This document shows, piece by piece, positions 20,118 to 30,179 of a stretch of 64,000 nt of DNA. Position 1 is the first letter of the stretch. The number at the start of each line of letters is the position of its first letter. The notes under the pieces are model-generated. The model made no database searches. It saw nothing but the letters and a program-made list of their open reading frames with translations, and was not told the origin of the DNA. The position numbers and the translations under genes are program-made. This DNA comes from Patescibacteria group bacterium (GTDB lineage: Bacteria; Patescibacteriota; Patescibacteriia; PEXW01): positions 4,506-68,505 of the forward strand of contig JBAZBR010000003.1 in NCBI GenBank assembly GCA_041671325.1. Direction: 5' to 3'.

Positions 20118-21086
20118 ATGGAAAATACCAATCCCCAAAATCCAGAAACAAAAAAATCAGAACCAGAAAAAAGCGTAGTTAAGGAAATTCATCATCACCA
20201 TTATGGGCAGCGCAGGCCTGGTGGGTTTTTCATTGGGCTTTTTGTTATCATTGTTGGTTTAATGTTTTTGGGCCGAGCCGCTGGTTGGCTTCCTCAAGAT
20301 ATCAATATTGATTGGAATTGGATTTGGCCCCTGATCATTATTTTTATCGGCCTTTCCATCCTAACTGGTCGAGGCTGGTTTTCTTGGCTATCTGGTACAA
20401 TCGTTACGATCATAGTTTTGGCTTTAGTTGCCTGGATGGTTTTTGGCAATTCAAGTGACAAAAATTTGACCACCCAGGAAGTGGGTTATGACAAGGCAGC
20501 TAATGTCACTAGCGCCGTGCTCAACTTGAACACTGGCGCAACCAAATTAAACATTAAAGGTGGTTCGGCTAAATTACTGACAGGGATTTTTTCCAGCTAT
20601 AATTTGGAGCTAAAACAACAGGAAGAAACCAAAGATAATATCCAGAATATTACTTTAGAAACCACTAGTTCCTGGAAATGGTTCACCTCATCCAAAAACA
20701 CCATTGATTTGCAAGTAAATAATGACCTACCAATAAACTTGAATATTGATTCCGGGGCTTCGGATATGGATTTAGATTTGACAAACGTGATGGCCAAAGC
20801 CGTTGATGTAGACACCGGAGCGTCAACCTTGAATCTGACTTTAGGTGATAAGCTTGAGCAAGCCAGCGTGAATGTGGATGCTGGGGCCAGTACCATAAAT
20901 ATCACTTTGCCTAAATCCCTAGGCGCAAAATTGAATATTGATGCCGGCGCAACCTCTAAAAACCTGTCGGATTTCAAGAAAATTGACGATAAGACTTATG
21001 AATCCAATAATTACGCCAGTACCACCAAGAAAGTAAACTTGGATTTTGGCTTAGGCGCTTCCACCCTGAACGTGAATTGGAAATAA
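20118..21086 (+). CDS. membrane protein with repetitive beta-rich C-domain (LiaF/DUF4097-like partner of PspC)
   Basis: His-rich N-term, 3 TM, repeated D.GAS.LNL/DAGASTINI units; typical genomic pairing with PspC. Confidence 0.45.
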   Translation: MENTNPQNPETKKSEPEKSVVKEIHHHHYGQRRPGGFFIGLFVIIVGLMFLGRAAGWLPQDINIDWNWIWPLIIIFIGLSILTGRGWFSWLSGTIVTIIVLALVAWMVFGNSSDKNLTTQEVGYDKAANVTSAVLNLNTGATKLNIKGGSAKLLTGIFSSYNLELKQQEETKDNIQNITLETTSSWKWFTSSKNTIDLQVNNDLPINLNIDSGASDMDLDLTNVMAKAVDVDTGASTLNLTLGDKLEQASVNVDAGASTINITLPKSLGAKLNIDAGATSKNLSDFKKIDDKTYESNNYASTTKKVNLDFGLGASTLNVNWK

Positions 21087-21156
21087 TCAGGGTTTAAAAA
21101 ACCAATTAAAAAATACCCCGAGGAATCCCTGGGGTATTTTTGGAAAGAAATTTGGA

Positions 21157-21600
21157 CTATTGGACGTGAATCTGGAATGCGTCAGGATCAGTATCAGCTT
21201 CTTTGCGCCAGACAATATCTGCGCCCCGGACGCAAAGCCAGTAGTCTTGTGGAAATCCGGCATGGATTAATTCTAATCTGAGTGAAGCAAAGAACATCGC
21301 GTGTAGGGCTGAGCATAGCAACCCAATTTTGTGTTGTTCGAGCAACTCAGCATGGATCCTTGCTTTCCAATTGAGTTCACCAGGTTGTCGGCCTTCAGAG
21401 GCGCCATTATGTGCAAATGGCGTTTTTGCTTTAAAAGCACGGTAAATGCAATAGAGCTTTCTTAGATCAGGTGACATTGTGCGAACTCGTTTATCTCCCG
21501 GCCTAAGCTTTACCTTAGTTAAGAATCCTTTTGAAACGAGCGGTGTTGGGTCGCTATACATGTACAAATCGACAATTATAGCTAAGACGTTGCTATACAT
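21157..21600 (-). CDS. hypothetical protein
   Basis: 147 aa ORF, GC-richer than neighbours. Confidence 0.35.
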   Translation of the reverse strand: MYSNVLAIIVDLYMYSDPTPLVSKGFLTKVKLRPGDKRVRTMSPDLRKLYCIYRAFKAKTPFAHNGASEGRQPGELNWKARIHAELLEQHKIGLLCSALHAMFFASLRLELIHAGFPQDYWLCVRGADIVWRKEADTDPDAFQIHVQ

Positions 21601-21687
21601 CTTTCTCTCCTTTTGGCCTAAGGTTTATGTTTAATCGTCCAAAACTTAATTTAAATAATGATAAATGTCAAATAAACCAAAGGATGC

Positions 21688-22224
21688 TTGAATTTTGATA
21701 AAAAAAGCCGCAAAATGAAATTAATGCCGTCTTTCTTCCGAAAACCAAAAAAACAGTCAAATGTTCCCTACTACCTTTGCGGCGGAATGGTTTTATTATT
21801 GGTAATAGGTATTTGGGTTTTTCTGAAGACGAAAAACCAGGATAATTTTGAATGTAAAAGTCTGCCTGCGGCTGAAAAAATTCAACAAGCGGATTTGATA
21901 GTCTCCGGAAAAGTTTTTTTAGTTTTAGCAGACGGTCCGGAAAACGCCAAAGTTTTATTTACTGCGGATAAAATTTATAAAGGCCAAATGCCTGAAGGTG
22001 GCATAGAAATTTTTGCCAAGCAAAGCACGGCCATTAAAAACCCAAGCACTAATTGTGAATTGCATTTTGCCTCAAACAACCAAGAATATTTGTTGTACTT
22101 AAAAAAAGGCGAGGATGGTTTGTTTACCACCAGCAAATGTTTTGGCAGCCGGCTTTTGGGGAACGGCTTGTCTTCTGAAGAATTTTCAATTTTAGGTGAA
22201 GGCCAAGTAGTCAATCAAACTTAA
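21688..22224 (+). CDS. hypothetical secreted/membrane-anchored protein
   Basis: N-terminal hydrophobic segment. Confidence 0.4.
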   Translation: MNFDKKSRKMKLMPSFFRKPKKQSNVPYYLCGGMVLLLVIGIWVFLKTKNQDNFECKSLPAAEKIQQADLIVSGKVFLVLADGPENAKVLFTADKIYKGQMPEGGIEIFAKQSTAIKNPSTNCELHFASNNQEYLLYLKKGEDGLFTTSKCFGSRLLGNGLSSEEFSILGEGQVVNQT

Positions 22225-22266
22225 ATTAGCTAAAATTACTTAAGTTATCATTAATCATTCTTTATT

Positions 22267-22710
22267 ATGCAAACGAACAAGGGTTTCTTATTGATTGGTT
22301 TATTTGCCGTACTTGGGTCAGCGCTTTCCGGTTATCTTTCTTATGTCAACCTATTTAAAAGTGGGTGTACGAACACTTTTTTGTCCTGCAGTGGCGGGTC
22401 TGGGCCAGTTAAGATTTTTGGCGTGCCAAACTGCGTTTACGGCTTTTTCATGTTTATGGCGGTTTTAATCTTGGCGCTTATTGGTTTGAAATTTATTAAC
22501 AAGCGTTGTATCAATAACGCTATTTTGGTTTTAGGTATAATCGGTACTTTGTTTGCCCTGGGACTTTCCATTTATGAGATATTTTGGCTTAAACCCGACA
22601 CCTTACCCGCCTGCGTGTATGGTTTTATTTTCTATGTTGGCATTTTGATTACGGCAATTGTTGGAAACAGAAAATCCTCGGAAATTAAGCCAGTTAGCAA
22701 TCAGATATAA
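22267..22710 (+). CDS. small polytopic membrane protein with conserved cysteines
   Basis: 4 TM; CTNTFLSCSGGSG and PNCVYGF / PACVYGF repeats. Confidence 0.4.
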   Translation: MQTNKGFLLIGLFAVLGSALSGYLSYVNLFKSGCTNTFLSCSGGSGPVKIFGVPNCVYGFFMFMAVLILALIGLKFINKRCINNAILVLGIIGTLFALGLSIYEIFWLKPDTLPACVYGFIFYVGILITAIVGNRKSSEIKPVSNQI

Positions 22711-22714
22711 ACTA

Positions 22715-23275
22715 ATGAAACAAGTGATAATCATACATGGTTGGGGCGGAAATCCTGAAGAAGGCTGGCTTCCCTGGGCTAGGAAAATTTTGGAATCAAC
22801 AGGTTTTAAAGTCCAAATTCCAGCAATGCCAGATACTGAAAGTCCAGATATTGAAAAATGGGTGGGAATTTTGAGGCAAACCATTACCAAACCAGATGAA
22901 CAGGCCTATTTAATCGGCCATAGCATTGGCTGTCAGGCTATATTGCGGTATTTGGAAAGTTTACCTGTCAGTATAAAAATCGGCGGGGTAATTTTTGTTG
23001 CGGGTTGGTTTGATTTAGACAACATAGAAAGTGATGAAGAGCGGGCCATTGCCAAGCCCTGGATTAACACGCCAATTGATTTTGTAAAAATAAAAAGTCA
23101 CTGTGAAAAATTCACGGTAATTTTATCGGATAATGACCCGTTTGGTTTTTTGGAAAGTAATAAGAAAATTTTTGAGGAAAAATTAGACGCCCGGGTTTTG
23201 GTGTTGCAAAATCGCGGGCATTTGATTGAGACGCAAGAATTGCCGGAAGTTATCCGGGAGATTGAAAAATTTTGA
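22715..23275 (+). CDS. alpha/beta serine hydrolase (YdeN/RBBP9-like)
   Basis: IIIHGWGGNPEEGWLPW and nucleophile elbow GHSIGC; start taken at internal MKQVII. Confidence 0.65.
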   Translation: MKQVIIIHGWGGNPEEGWLPWARKILESTGFKVQIPAMPDTESPDIEKWVGILRQTITKPDEQAYLIGHSIGCQAILRYLESLPVSIKIGGVIFVAGWFDLDNIESDEERAIAKPWINTPIDFVKIKSHCEKFTVILSDNDPFGFLESNKKIFEEKLDARVLVLQNRGHLIETQELPEVIREIEKF

Positions 23276-23284
23276 TTATAAACC

Positions 23285-23836
23285 ATGAAATTATATATTG
23301 CGGGTAAAGTTTCCAAGGACTCAAGTTTCAAGACCCATTATTGGCGTGATGGTTTTAGCGCTGAATTATCTAAAAAGTCAGGATTAAAAATAATCAATAT
23401 TGACCCGACTAAAAGTGCCGCCGGATTTAAATTTGACCACACTGATTCGAAACTAATTTATGGCCGAAATTGTTACATGATAAATATGTCTGATGTGGTG
23501 GTAGTTTATTTGAGCGACGATATTAGCGTCGGCGGTTCGCAGGAAATGTTGATCGCCAAGTATTATGGAAAGCCATTAATTGGTTTAGCACCGAAAGGCG
23601 GCAAATTTAATTTGGCTAAAAAAGAAATATTCGGAAGAGTATACAAAAAATATGTTGACCCTTATGTATTTATCGCATGTGATAAAGTTGTTGGGAATAT
23701 GACTGAATTAGCGAAAGCCCTAAAGAAGGGTGATTGGAAAAAGAAGAAGGTAAAAAATATTAAGATAATTGACGAATCTTTGCGATACTATAAGCAGAAT
23801 TTTTTGAAGCAGGATAAATACCTTATTAGCCAATGA
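23285..23836 (+). CDS. hypothetical; possibly nucleoside 2-deoxyribosyltransferase-like fold
   Basis: LYIAGK ... GGSQEMLIAKYYGKPLIGL pattern; weak. Confidence 0.35.
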   Translation: MKLYIAGKVSKDSSFKTHYWRDGFSAELSKKSGLKIINIDPTKSAAGFKFDHTDSKLIYGRNCYMINMSDVVVVYLSDDISVGGSQEMLIAKYYGKPLIGLAPKGGKFNLAKKEIFGRVYKKYVDPYVFIACDKVVGNMTELAKALKKGDWKKKKVKNIKIIDESLRYYKQNFLKQDKYLISQ

Positions 23837-24420
23837 AATTAAATAAACGGCAGAAAAAAATAAGAACTGTTGTTAAAAATCGGCAGGCTGGTTTTGTCGT
23901 TGTACTCGAAGATATTCATGATCCGCACAATGCCGCGGCGATTTTGAGGACCTGTGATGCCTTTGGCGTACAAGATGTCTGTTTTATTTTTGAAAAAGAG
24001 AAGAAGTATAACCCTAGGAAAATTGGGAAATCCAGCTCTTCTTCAGCCAATAAGTGGTTGAGTTTTAAAGTCTTTAATTCTACCCAAGATTGCTTGAAGG
24101 TTTTGAAAAAAACAGGTTATGAAATTATTGCCACAGCCCTAACTCAAAAATCTAAAAACCTTTTTAAAACCAAGTTATTATATAATAAAATTGCCTTGCT
24201 GGTCGGTAATGAACATCGGGGCTTGTCAGATTTTGCCATTAAGTCGGCTGACCAAATATTGGCTATTCCCATGCAGGGCATGGTGCAAAGCCTTAATGTT
24301 TCAGTCACGGCCGGGATTTTTATTTATGAAATAGTTAGGCAAAGACAGAAGAATATAAATAAATATCAATTAAACCCAAAATCCGCCAATAAACTGGAAA
24401 GGGATTTTCGGAAAAGATAA
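23833..24420 (+). CDS. SpoU/TrmH-family RNA 2'-O-methyltransferase
   Basis: GFVVVLEDIHDPHNAAAILRTCDAFG ... LVGNEHRGLS. Confidence 0.75.
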   Translation: MKLNKRQKKIRTVVKNRQAGFVVVLEDIHDPHNAAAILRTCDAFGVQDVCFIFEKEKKYNPRKIGKSSSSSANKWLSFKVFNSTQDCLKVLKKTGYEIIATALTQKSKNLFKTKLLYNKIALLVGNEHRGLSDFAIKSADQILAIPMQGMVQSLNVSVTAGIFIYEIVRQRQKNINKYQLNPKSANKLERDFRKR

Positions 24421-25610
24421 ATTCTCATGCCGAACCCCGCACCACAATGGATGCGAGGGCAAGTTTATTTCGGCATCTTAATGTTTAGAGATCCTGAATC
24501 GAGTTCAGGATGAGGTTTTTAATATAAGTTTGCCGCGTCGTCGCTTGGCTCCTCCTCGCTATGACATTTGCAATATTTAAAAAGAAGGCGAAATATTTTT
24601 CCGCCTCCATTGTGGAACTTCATGATATAGCTTTTGGACTTACCGGCAATCGGGACAACAATGGTCATTATCCAGATGTTTAATCCGCGTTGCACGCTGG
24701 CACTTCGCACACCGTTTCGCTAGGCCATTGAGCAGCAGGGAGAATTCATCCGCCAGTTCATTTGCTTCTAGCCATGGACTCGTGCCCGCATTCGGCTTTG
24801 GCGGTTCATTGCTGGTTGGTTGTCTGCTAAGATAGCCCAAGATTATGCCTCCTTTTTTGCAATGCTATTGCCAGGAATTCTTTCGGATCCATATTGGATT
24901 CTTCCGGTAATGGCTTGCCGTTTTGTGACATGTGGATTTTTTCGTCAGGCGCTTCGGGTACGAGAATCAACACATAATTTCGTCCGGTAGTCCGCTCGAA
25001 TATGCTGATTTCGTCGTTCAGGTTAGTTAAAGCCGATTCACATGCCGGGTCAAGGTGCCATATTCCCATTTTTAACCTCCTTTTTGGTTTATGCTTAATC
25101 CAGATTTTCTAAAAGGTTTTTGAAAAGAACGGCTTTTTCGAGCCTATAATACTATCCGCTATCAGTCAATTTGTTTAAACCGCCCTGTTAATTTTAGCTG
25201 GACTATTTATTTGTCTCCTCAAATAACGCCCAAATATCATCTCGGATGTTTTCAAACAAAGCCTCTGCTTCTTTTTTGTTTTTATCCCTTTCGGTTATTG
25301 ATAAAATGTAAGAGATCGTACCATGAACAGCATCGCCAATATTCATCCAACCATCACCGCTGCGCCAATTATTCAACCCGCTTTTTTTAAAAATTTCCAG
25401 TCTTTTTTAATCCCCCCCTTAGTTTTTTCGTCAACATCAGATTCATCAACAATAGAAATCCATGTTGTATATCTAGATTCGATTTCATTGGCAAATTTTT
25501 CTTCGGGTGACGAGTATACCTGTTCTTGTTCGCTTGGATTTTCCCGCATATGGTTAAATAATGTTAAGTTTGGAAAATTTTAAATAATATTCTTGTTGTA
25601 TTTGTTATTG

Positions 25611-25700
25611 CGATCCCGCCGTATGGCGGGATGACCTGCCCGCCGAACTCGCGCCGGCGAGGCAGGCGGGAGCAATCTTATACGTCTTTTCATTCTGCCG
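25611..25700 (-). repeat. third copy of the structured GC-rich repeat (inverse orientation)
   Basis: GGCAGGCGGGAGCAATCTTA is the reverse complement of AAGATTGCTCCCGCCTGCC in copy B; plus GCGATCCCGCC-GTAT-GGCGGGAT hairpin. Confidence 0.5.
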
Positions 25701-25715
25701 TAACGTAATAATAAT

Positions 25716-26081
25716 TTATATTTTCGAAAAAAATATCAGCTTATACCCGTCAGGATCCCTGACTGCAAATTCCCTTTTGCCCCAAGGCCAATCTTTGGGT
25801 TCACTGGAAGTCGTAATATTTTTTTCTTTCAGGGCTTGGTAAAAAGCATCAACATTTTCAACTTCGAAATAGGTGTAAATCCCAACGCCTTTCAGCCCTT
25901 CATCAGCATCAGTTTTTATCAAGGTTTTGTTTTCATCCATAAAAGCCAGCTTGTAATCGCCAAAGGTAATGCGAACCGCATCATTAGCCTTGGAAACTGT
26001 AAAACCTAAGGTTTCATAAAACTTGGTGGTTTTATACAAGTCTTTGCAGAAAAATAAAGTGGAGTGGATGCGTTTGATCAT
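25716..26081 (-). CDS. VOC/glyoxalase-family protein
   Basis: 121 aa; IHSTLFFCKDLYKTTKFYETLGF N-term typical of glyoxalase/bleomycin-resistance fold. Confidence 0.65.
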   Translation of the reverse strand: MIKRIHSTLFFCKDLYKTTKFYETLGFTVSKANDAVRITFGDYKLAFMDENKTLIKTDADEGLKGVGIYTYFEVENVDAFYQALKEKNITTSSEPKDWPWGKREFAVRDPDGYKLIFFSKI

Positions 26082-26094
26082 AAGGATGAGGGGA

Positions 26095-26823
26095 CTATTT
26101 TAAGGTTAATTCAAAAAGATATTCATTTGCATACCATTTTTTGCCAACTTTGAATATTCTGATTTTGCCAATTTGATTTAATTTTTTATACCATCCAATA
26201 TTATCTATTACAAATTCTTTAGTTGGACCAATATCAAAAGCTACCAGCCGGGCATTATAATTCTTAGCAATTTTTTTTAAAGTTTGAGTATAGTTGGTAA
26301 CCGTATAGACAATAATATAAGTTCGCGACCTTTCGTGCATGTGTTTTTTTGCAATGTCTAAAAATTTTAAAACTTGTTTGTTACCATTAGGCCCGCCATC
26401 AAAACTTCTGGTCAACTGTTTACCAATTGCCTTTCGATAATTTTTATGAACAATTTCTTGTGGAAGATTAACAACAATTACATCAAATTTTTTCTTAAAA
26501 TTGGCAAAATAGCTGCCTTTTCTTAGGTTAATTTTAACACGGTTTCTTTTAGCATTTTTGCTTGTTAGGTTGATTGCATCTTTATCATCATCTGTGGCAT
26601 AAGCTTTACCACCCAACTTTGCGGTCAGAATTGCTAAAAAGCCAGTCCCAGAGCCAATATCAATTACCAACTCGTTGGGGCTAATTTTCATGTTTTCTGC
26701 AAAAAATGACCCGTGCGGGGAAGGAGGAAATACATGTTTATTAATCTCTAGTTCAAATTTAACATTTTGAATGTTGTATTTTCTAATCTCAGTTTTTTTC
26801 ACGAAATGTAAAACTCTTACCAT
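26095..26823 (-). CDS. class I SAM-dependent methyltransferase
   Basis: motif I VIDIGSGTGFLAI; post-motif IV VVNLPQ. Confidence 0.65.
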   Translation of the reverse strand: MVRVLHFVKKTEIRKYNIQNVKFELEINKHVFPPSPHGSFFAENMKISPNELVIDIGSGTGFLAILTAKLGGKAYATDDDKDAINLTSKNAKRNRVKINLRKGSYFANFKKKFDVIVVNLPQEIVHKNYRKAIGKQLTRSFDGGPNGNKQVLKFLDIAKKHMHERSRTYIIVYTVTNYTQTLKKIAKNYNARLVAFDIGPTKEFVIDNIGWYKKLNQIGKIRIFKVGKKWYANEYLFELTLK

Positions 26824-28650
26824 TTAATTATCTTTTAATTTTTTAACTGCACGTATAATCATCTTGGCTGAGATTTTTTCATAATCCAAAAGCTGTTCAG
26901 GCTTGCCTGAATGTGGGATTTTTCGGACGGCTAAGTGAATTAGCTTAGTGTCAATGCCAGAAATTGCGCTTTTAACGGCTTCGCCAATACCGCCTTCGGG
27001 TACATGGTCTTCTACTACGATTAAATTCTTGGTTTGCTTGGCGGCGTTGCGCAAGGTTTTAACATCAATTGGTTTAATGCTATACAAATCAATAATTCTT
27101 ATGTTGATTTTCTGTTTTTGCAGTTCAGAATAAGCTTTTAAAGCTTCGTGCAAAGTAATGCCAGCCGTAATAATCGTAGCCACGTCTTTATTGCTTTGTT
27201 TCAAAATTTTACTGCCACCGATGGGAAAGCTTTCAGTGTTTTTATAGAGCACTGGGGTTTTAGCGCGAGTGGTGCGGATATAAACAATCCCCTTGGCTTT
27301 GGCGGCTTGTTCAACTAATTTTTCCGTGGCAACAGCGTCACTGGGATAAAGAACTGTGGCATTTTGCAAAGTTCGGAACATGGCAATATCTTCCAAGCCC
27401 ATTTGCGAAGCGCCGTCTTCGCCAATGGAAACCCCGGCATGGGAGCCGCAAAAAACCAAGTGAGCGTTTGAATATTGGCTCATCCTAATCTGGTCAAAAA
27501 CCCGGGTTAAGAATGCGGCAAAGGTGGAAATAAATGGCAGTTTGCCGCGCAAGGCCAAGCCTAAACCCACATCAACCATGTTTTGTTCGGCAATAAACAT
27601 TTCCAGGAATTTTTTAGGATAGGCTTTTTGAAGGAATTCCGAATAAGTGGAATTGCTGACTTCCGCATCCAAAGCAATCAGGTTAGGAAATTTTGGGCTT
27701 AGGCGAACTAAAGCATTGCCATAAGCTTCGCGGGTTGCCGCTATTTCGCCTTTTGTATAATTAACTGGCTTGGTTGATTTGATTCTTGAAATTTTGACTT
27801 TCTTTGATATTGGTTTTGAAACCACACCTCGTATTTTTTTATCAATTGTCCCAAGTTCAGCTAAAGCAGTTTTCAATTGTTCAAGTTTCAAAGTTTTGCC
27901 ATGCCAACCGTTTTTATTTTCCAAAAATGAAATACCCTTGCCCTTGAGGGTTTTGGCAATAATCATAACTGGTTTGCCGGTGGTTTTTTTCGCCTCAATA
28001 AAGGCTTTGGTAATTTGTTTAAAATCATGGCCATCAACCAAAATAGTTTTCCAGCCAAAACTAGCAATTCTTTTTTGGTGAGCATTTAAATTGTGGCCAT
28101 ACATGGTTTGGCCTCTTTGGCCCAAGCGGTTTACATCCAAAATTCCAACCAAATTATCCAGTTTGTAATACACTGCTAATTGAATAGCTTCCCAGATTTG
28201 GCCTTCAGCCATTTCCGAGTCACCTAAAAGTACAAAAGTTTTGTAAGATAATTTATCAAGCTTGGCATTCAAAGCCAGACCAACCCCAATCGACAAACCT
28301 TGGCCCAATGATCCTGTCGGTGCTTCAGTAAAAGCAAAGCCAGGGCTAGGATGGCCTTCCAGCGGGCTATTAAATTTCCTTAAAGTCAATAATTGCTTTT
28401 CGGTCAGTTTTCCCGCAGCAGCATACAGAGCGTATAAAAGTGGCGCCGCATGGCCTTTGGAAAAAATCAGCCGGTCATTGTTAGGGTTTTTTGGATTGCG
28501 TAAATCAGCCTTGAAAAATCCACCAAACATTAAACCAGTCATCAAATCTGTAGCAGATAAAGAAGAGCTAGGATGGCCAGAACCGGCGCGGGTGGTGGAG
28601 ATTAAGATGAAATAGCGGATTAATTGGGCCAGTTTTTGGAGTTTGTTCAT
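26824..28650 (-). CDS. tkt: transketolase
   Basis: TRAGSGHPSSSLSATDLM ... GDSEMAEGQIWEA; 608 aa. Confidence 0.9.
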   Translation of the reverse strand: MNKLQKLAQLIRYFILISTTRAGSGHPSSSLSATDLMTGLMFGGFFKADLRNPKNPNNDRLIFSKGHAAPLLYALYAAAGKLTEKQLLTLRKFNSPLEGHPSPGFAFTEAPTGSLGQGLSIGVGLALNAKLDKLSYKTFVLLGDSEMAEGQIWEAIQLAVYYKLDNLVGILDVNRLGQRGQTMYGHNLNAHQKRIASFGWKTILVDGHDFKQITKAFIEAKKTTGKPVMIIAKTLKGKGISFLENKNGWHGKTLKLEQLKTALAELGTIDKKIRGVVSKPISKKVKISRIKSTKPVNYTKGEIAATREAYGNALVRLSPKFPNLIALDAEVSNSTYSEFLQKAYPKKFLEMFIAEQNMVDVGLGLALRGKLPFISTFAAFLTRVFDQIRMSQYSNAHLVFCGSHAGVSIGEDGASQMGLEDIAMFRTLQNATVLYPSDAVATEKLVEQAAKAKGIVYIRTTRAKTPVLYKNTESFPIGGSKILKQSNKDVATIITAGITLHEALKAYSELQKQKINIRIIDLYSIKPIDVKTLRNAAKQTKNLIVVEDHVPEGGIGEAVKSAISGIDTKLIHLAVRKIPHSGKPEQLLDYEKISAKMIIRAVKKLKDN

Positions 28651-28746
28651 AGGCTTAGTTTATAATAATTTAGTTCGGCTTGACATAGATGGTTTTTGTA
28701 GTTAAGTTTTACTGAAAATCAAAGGTAAAAAAAGAAGGGATTTAAA

Positions 28747-29196
28747 TTGAACAAAGTTCTGTTTTACGGAGGTTCGTGGTATTCCTTTTCCAACTTTTCC
28801 GCTTTTGCGGTCTATTGGCGAGGGGCTAGGTGGATGACTTCCGAACATGCTTATCAAGCGGCTAAGTTTGAGGATCCCGAGATAATTGGGATGATCCAGA
28901 TGGCGACTTCTGCCCATGAAGCCAAACAGATTGCCAAAGCCAATAAGGAACATACCCGTCCTAATTGGCACCAAGTGAATCTTGGAATCATGAGAGAAAT
29001 TGTCAGGGCCAAGCTGTACCAGCATGCTTATATCCAAAAGAAACTTTTGGAAACCGGGGATATGGAGATTATCGAAGACTCACCCTATGATGCATTTTGG
29101 GCCAGGGGTCCTAATGGAGACGGTCAAAACAATTTGGGTAAAATTTGGATGGAACTTCGTGCTGAGTTACGTGAAAAAGCCAAAAGGCAGCCTTAA
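28747..29196 (+). CDS. NADAR-domain protein (YbiA-like)
   Basis: FSNFSAF ... RWMTSEHAYQAAKF ... NLGKIWMELR matches DUF1768/NADAR. Confidence 0.75.
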   Translation: MNKVLFYGGSWYSFSNFSAFAVYWRGARWMTSEHAYQAAKFEDPEIIGMIQMATSAHEAKQIAKANKEHTRPNWHQVNLGIMREIVRAKLYQHAYIQKKLLETGDMEIIEDSPYDAFWARGPNGDGQNNLGKIWMELRAELREKAKRQP

Positions 29197-29230
29197 AAAG
29201 CTGCCTTTTTTACTTGTGGATAACTAGGAC

Positions 29231-29259
29231 TTGACGGGTATTTTATTAGGGTCTACTAT
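29231..29259 (+). promoter_or_regulatory. candidate promoter of nrtR-like gene (TTGACG-17-TACTAT)
   Basis: -35 TTGACG at 29231-29236, 17-nt spacer, -10 TACTAT at 29254-29259. Confidence 0.4.
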
Positions 29260-29274
29260 GTGTATATCTTACAC
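29260..29274. promoter_or_regulatory. palindrome GTGTA-N5-TACAC (candidate NrtR operator 1)
   Basis: perfect 5+5 inverted repeat abutting the -10; second copy at 29979-29993. Confidence 0.45.
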
Positions 29275-29283
29275 TAAGTATAT

Positions 29284-29958
29284 ATGTCCCCTAATCCCCT
29301 AAAATATAAGTTCGCCGCCATTGCCACTGATGTGGTCATTTTCACCTTAAAACAAGGGGAATTGCAGGTTTTATTAATTAAGATGAAAAAGCAGCCTTTT
29401 GAAAAATGCTGGGCCGCCCCTGGTGGCTTGGTCAAACCCATGGAATCCGTGGAAGCCGCGGCTCGCAAGCAATTAGCCCTGAAAACTGGGGTAAAGAATA
29501 TTTATCTGGAACAGCTTTACACTTTTGGCGAAGTTAAGCGGGATCCTTTTGGCCGCGTAGTCTCAGTCGCCTATTTCGCCCTGATTCCCAGCGATTCAGT
29601 CACCCTGCATACCACCAAAGAATACGCGGACGTCCGCTGGTTTCCAGTCAAAAAATTACCAGCCTTGGCCTATGACCATGCCAAGATTATTGATACGGCA
29701 GTCCGGCGCTTGCAATCCAAAATGGGCTATACCAATATTGTCTGTAATCTTTTGCCCAAAGCCTTTTCACTTTCGGAATTGCAAGGAGTTTATGAAATCA
29801 TCCTGAATAAGCATTTTGACAAGCGGAATTTTCGGAAGAAAATTTTGAGCTTGAAATTGGTAAAGCCGATGGGTAAAAAACGGGAAGGTGAAGCAAACCG
29901 GCCAGCCCAGCTTTACACTTTTGCCAATCGTTTGATTTCTCAGGCAGAAATAATGTAA
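29284..29958 (+). CDS. nrtR: NrtR-like regulator (degenerate Nudix domain plus C-terminal winged helix)
   Basis: Nudix fold with degenerate box GGLVKPMESVEAAARKQLALKTGV (no REx2EE); C-terminal FSLSELQGVYEIILNKHFDKRNFRKKI is the NrtR wHTH signature. Confidence 0.75.
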   Translation: MSPNPLKYKFAAIATDVVIFTLKQGELQVLLIKMKKQPFEKCWAAPGGLVKPMESVEAAARKQLALKTGVKNIYLEQLYTFGEVKRDPFGRVVSVAYFALIPSDSVTLHTTKEYADVRWFPVKKLPALAYDHAKIIDTAVRRLQSKMGYTNIVCNLLPKAFSLSELQGVYEIILNKHFDKRNFRKKILSLKLVKPMGKKREGEANRPAQLYTFANRLISQAEIM

Positions 29959-29978
29959 TTTTTTTTACTTAATAGTTA

Positions 29979-29993
29979 GTGTAAAAAATACAC
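29979..29993. promoter_or_regulatory. palindrome GTGTA-N5-TACAC (candidate NrtR operator 2)
   Basis: AGTGTAAAAAATACACC; identical half-sites to 29260-29274. Confidence 0.45.
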
Positions 29994-30179
29994 CTTAAAA
30001 ATCCATTCCTTAACGCGACAATTATCGAGGAGAGCTTTCTCGAGAGTTCTTCTCCCAATTTTTTAAGTCGCGTTAAAGAAAAGGGAGACCCTCTCTAAAA
30101 AGTCCTGCTCGATTAGATCAGGGCTTTTTGGACTTTGAAAACTAAATAAAATTCACGATACGAAAAGAGGTATTGAAAA

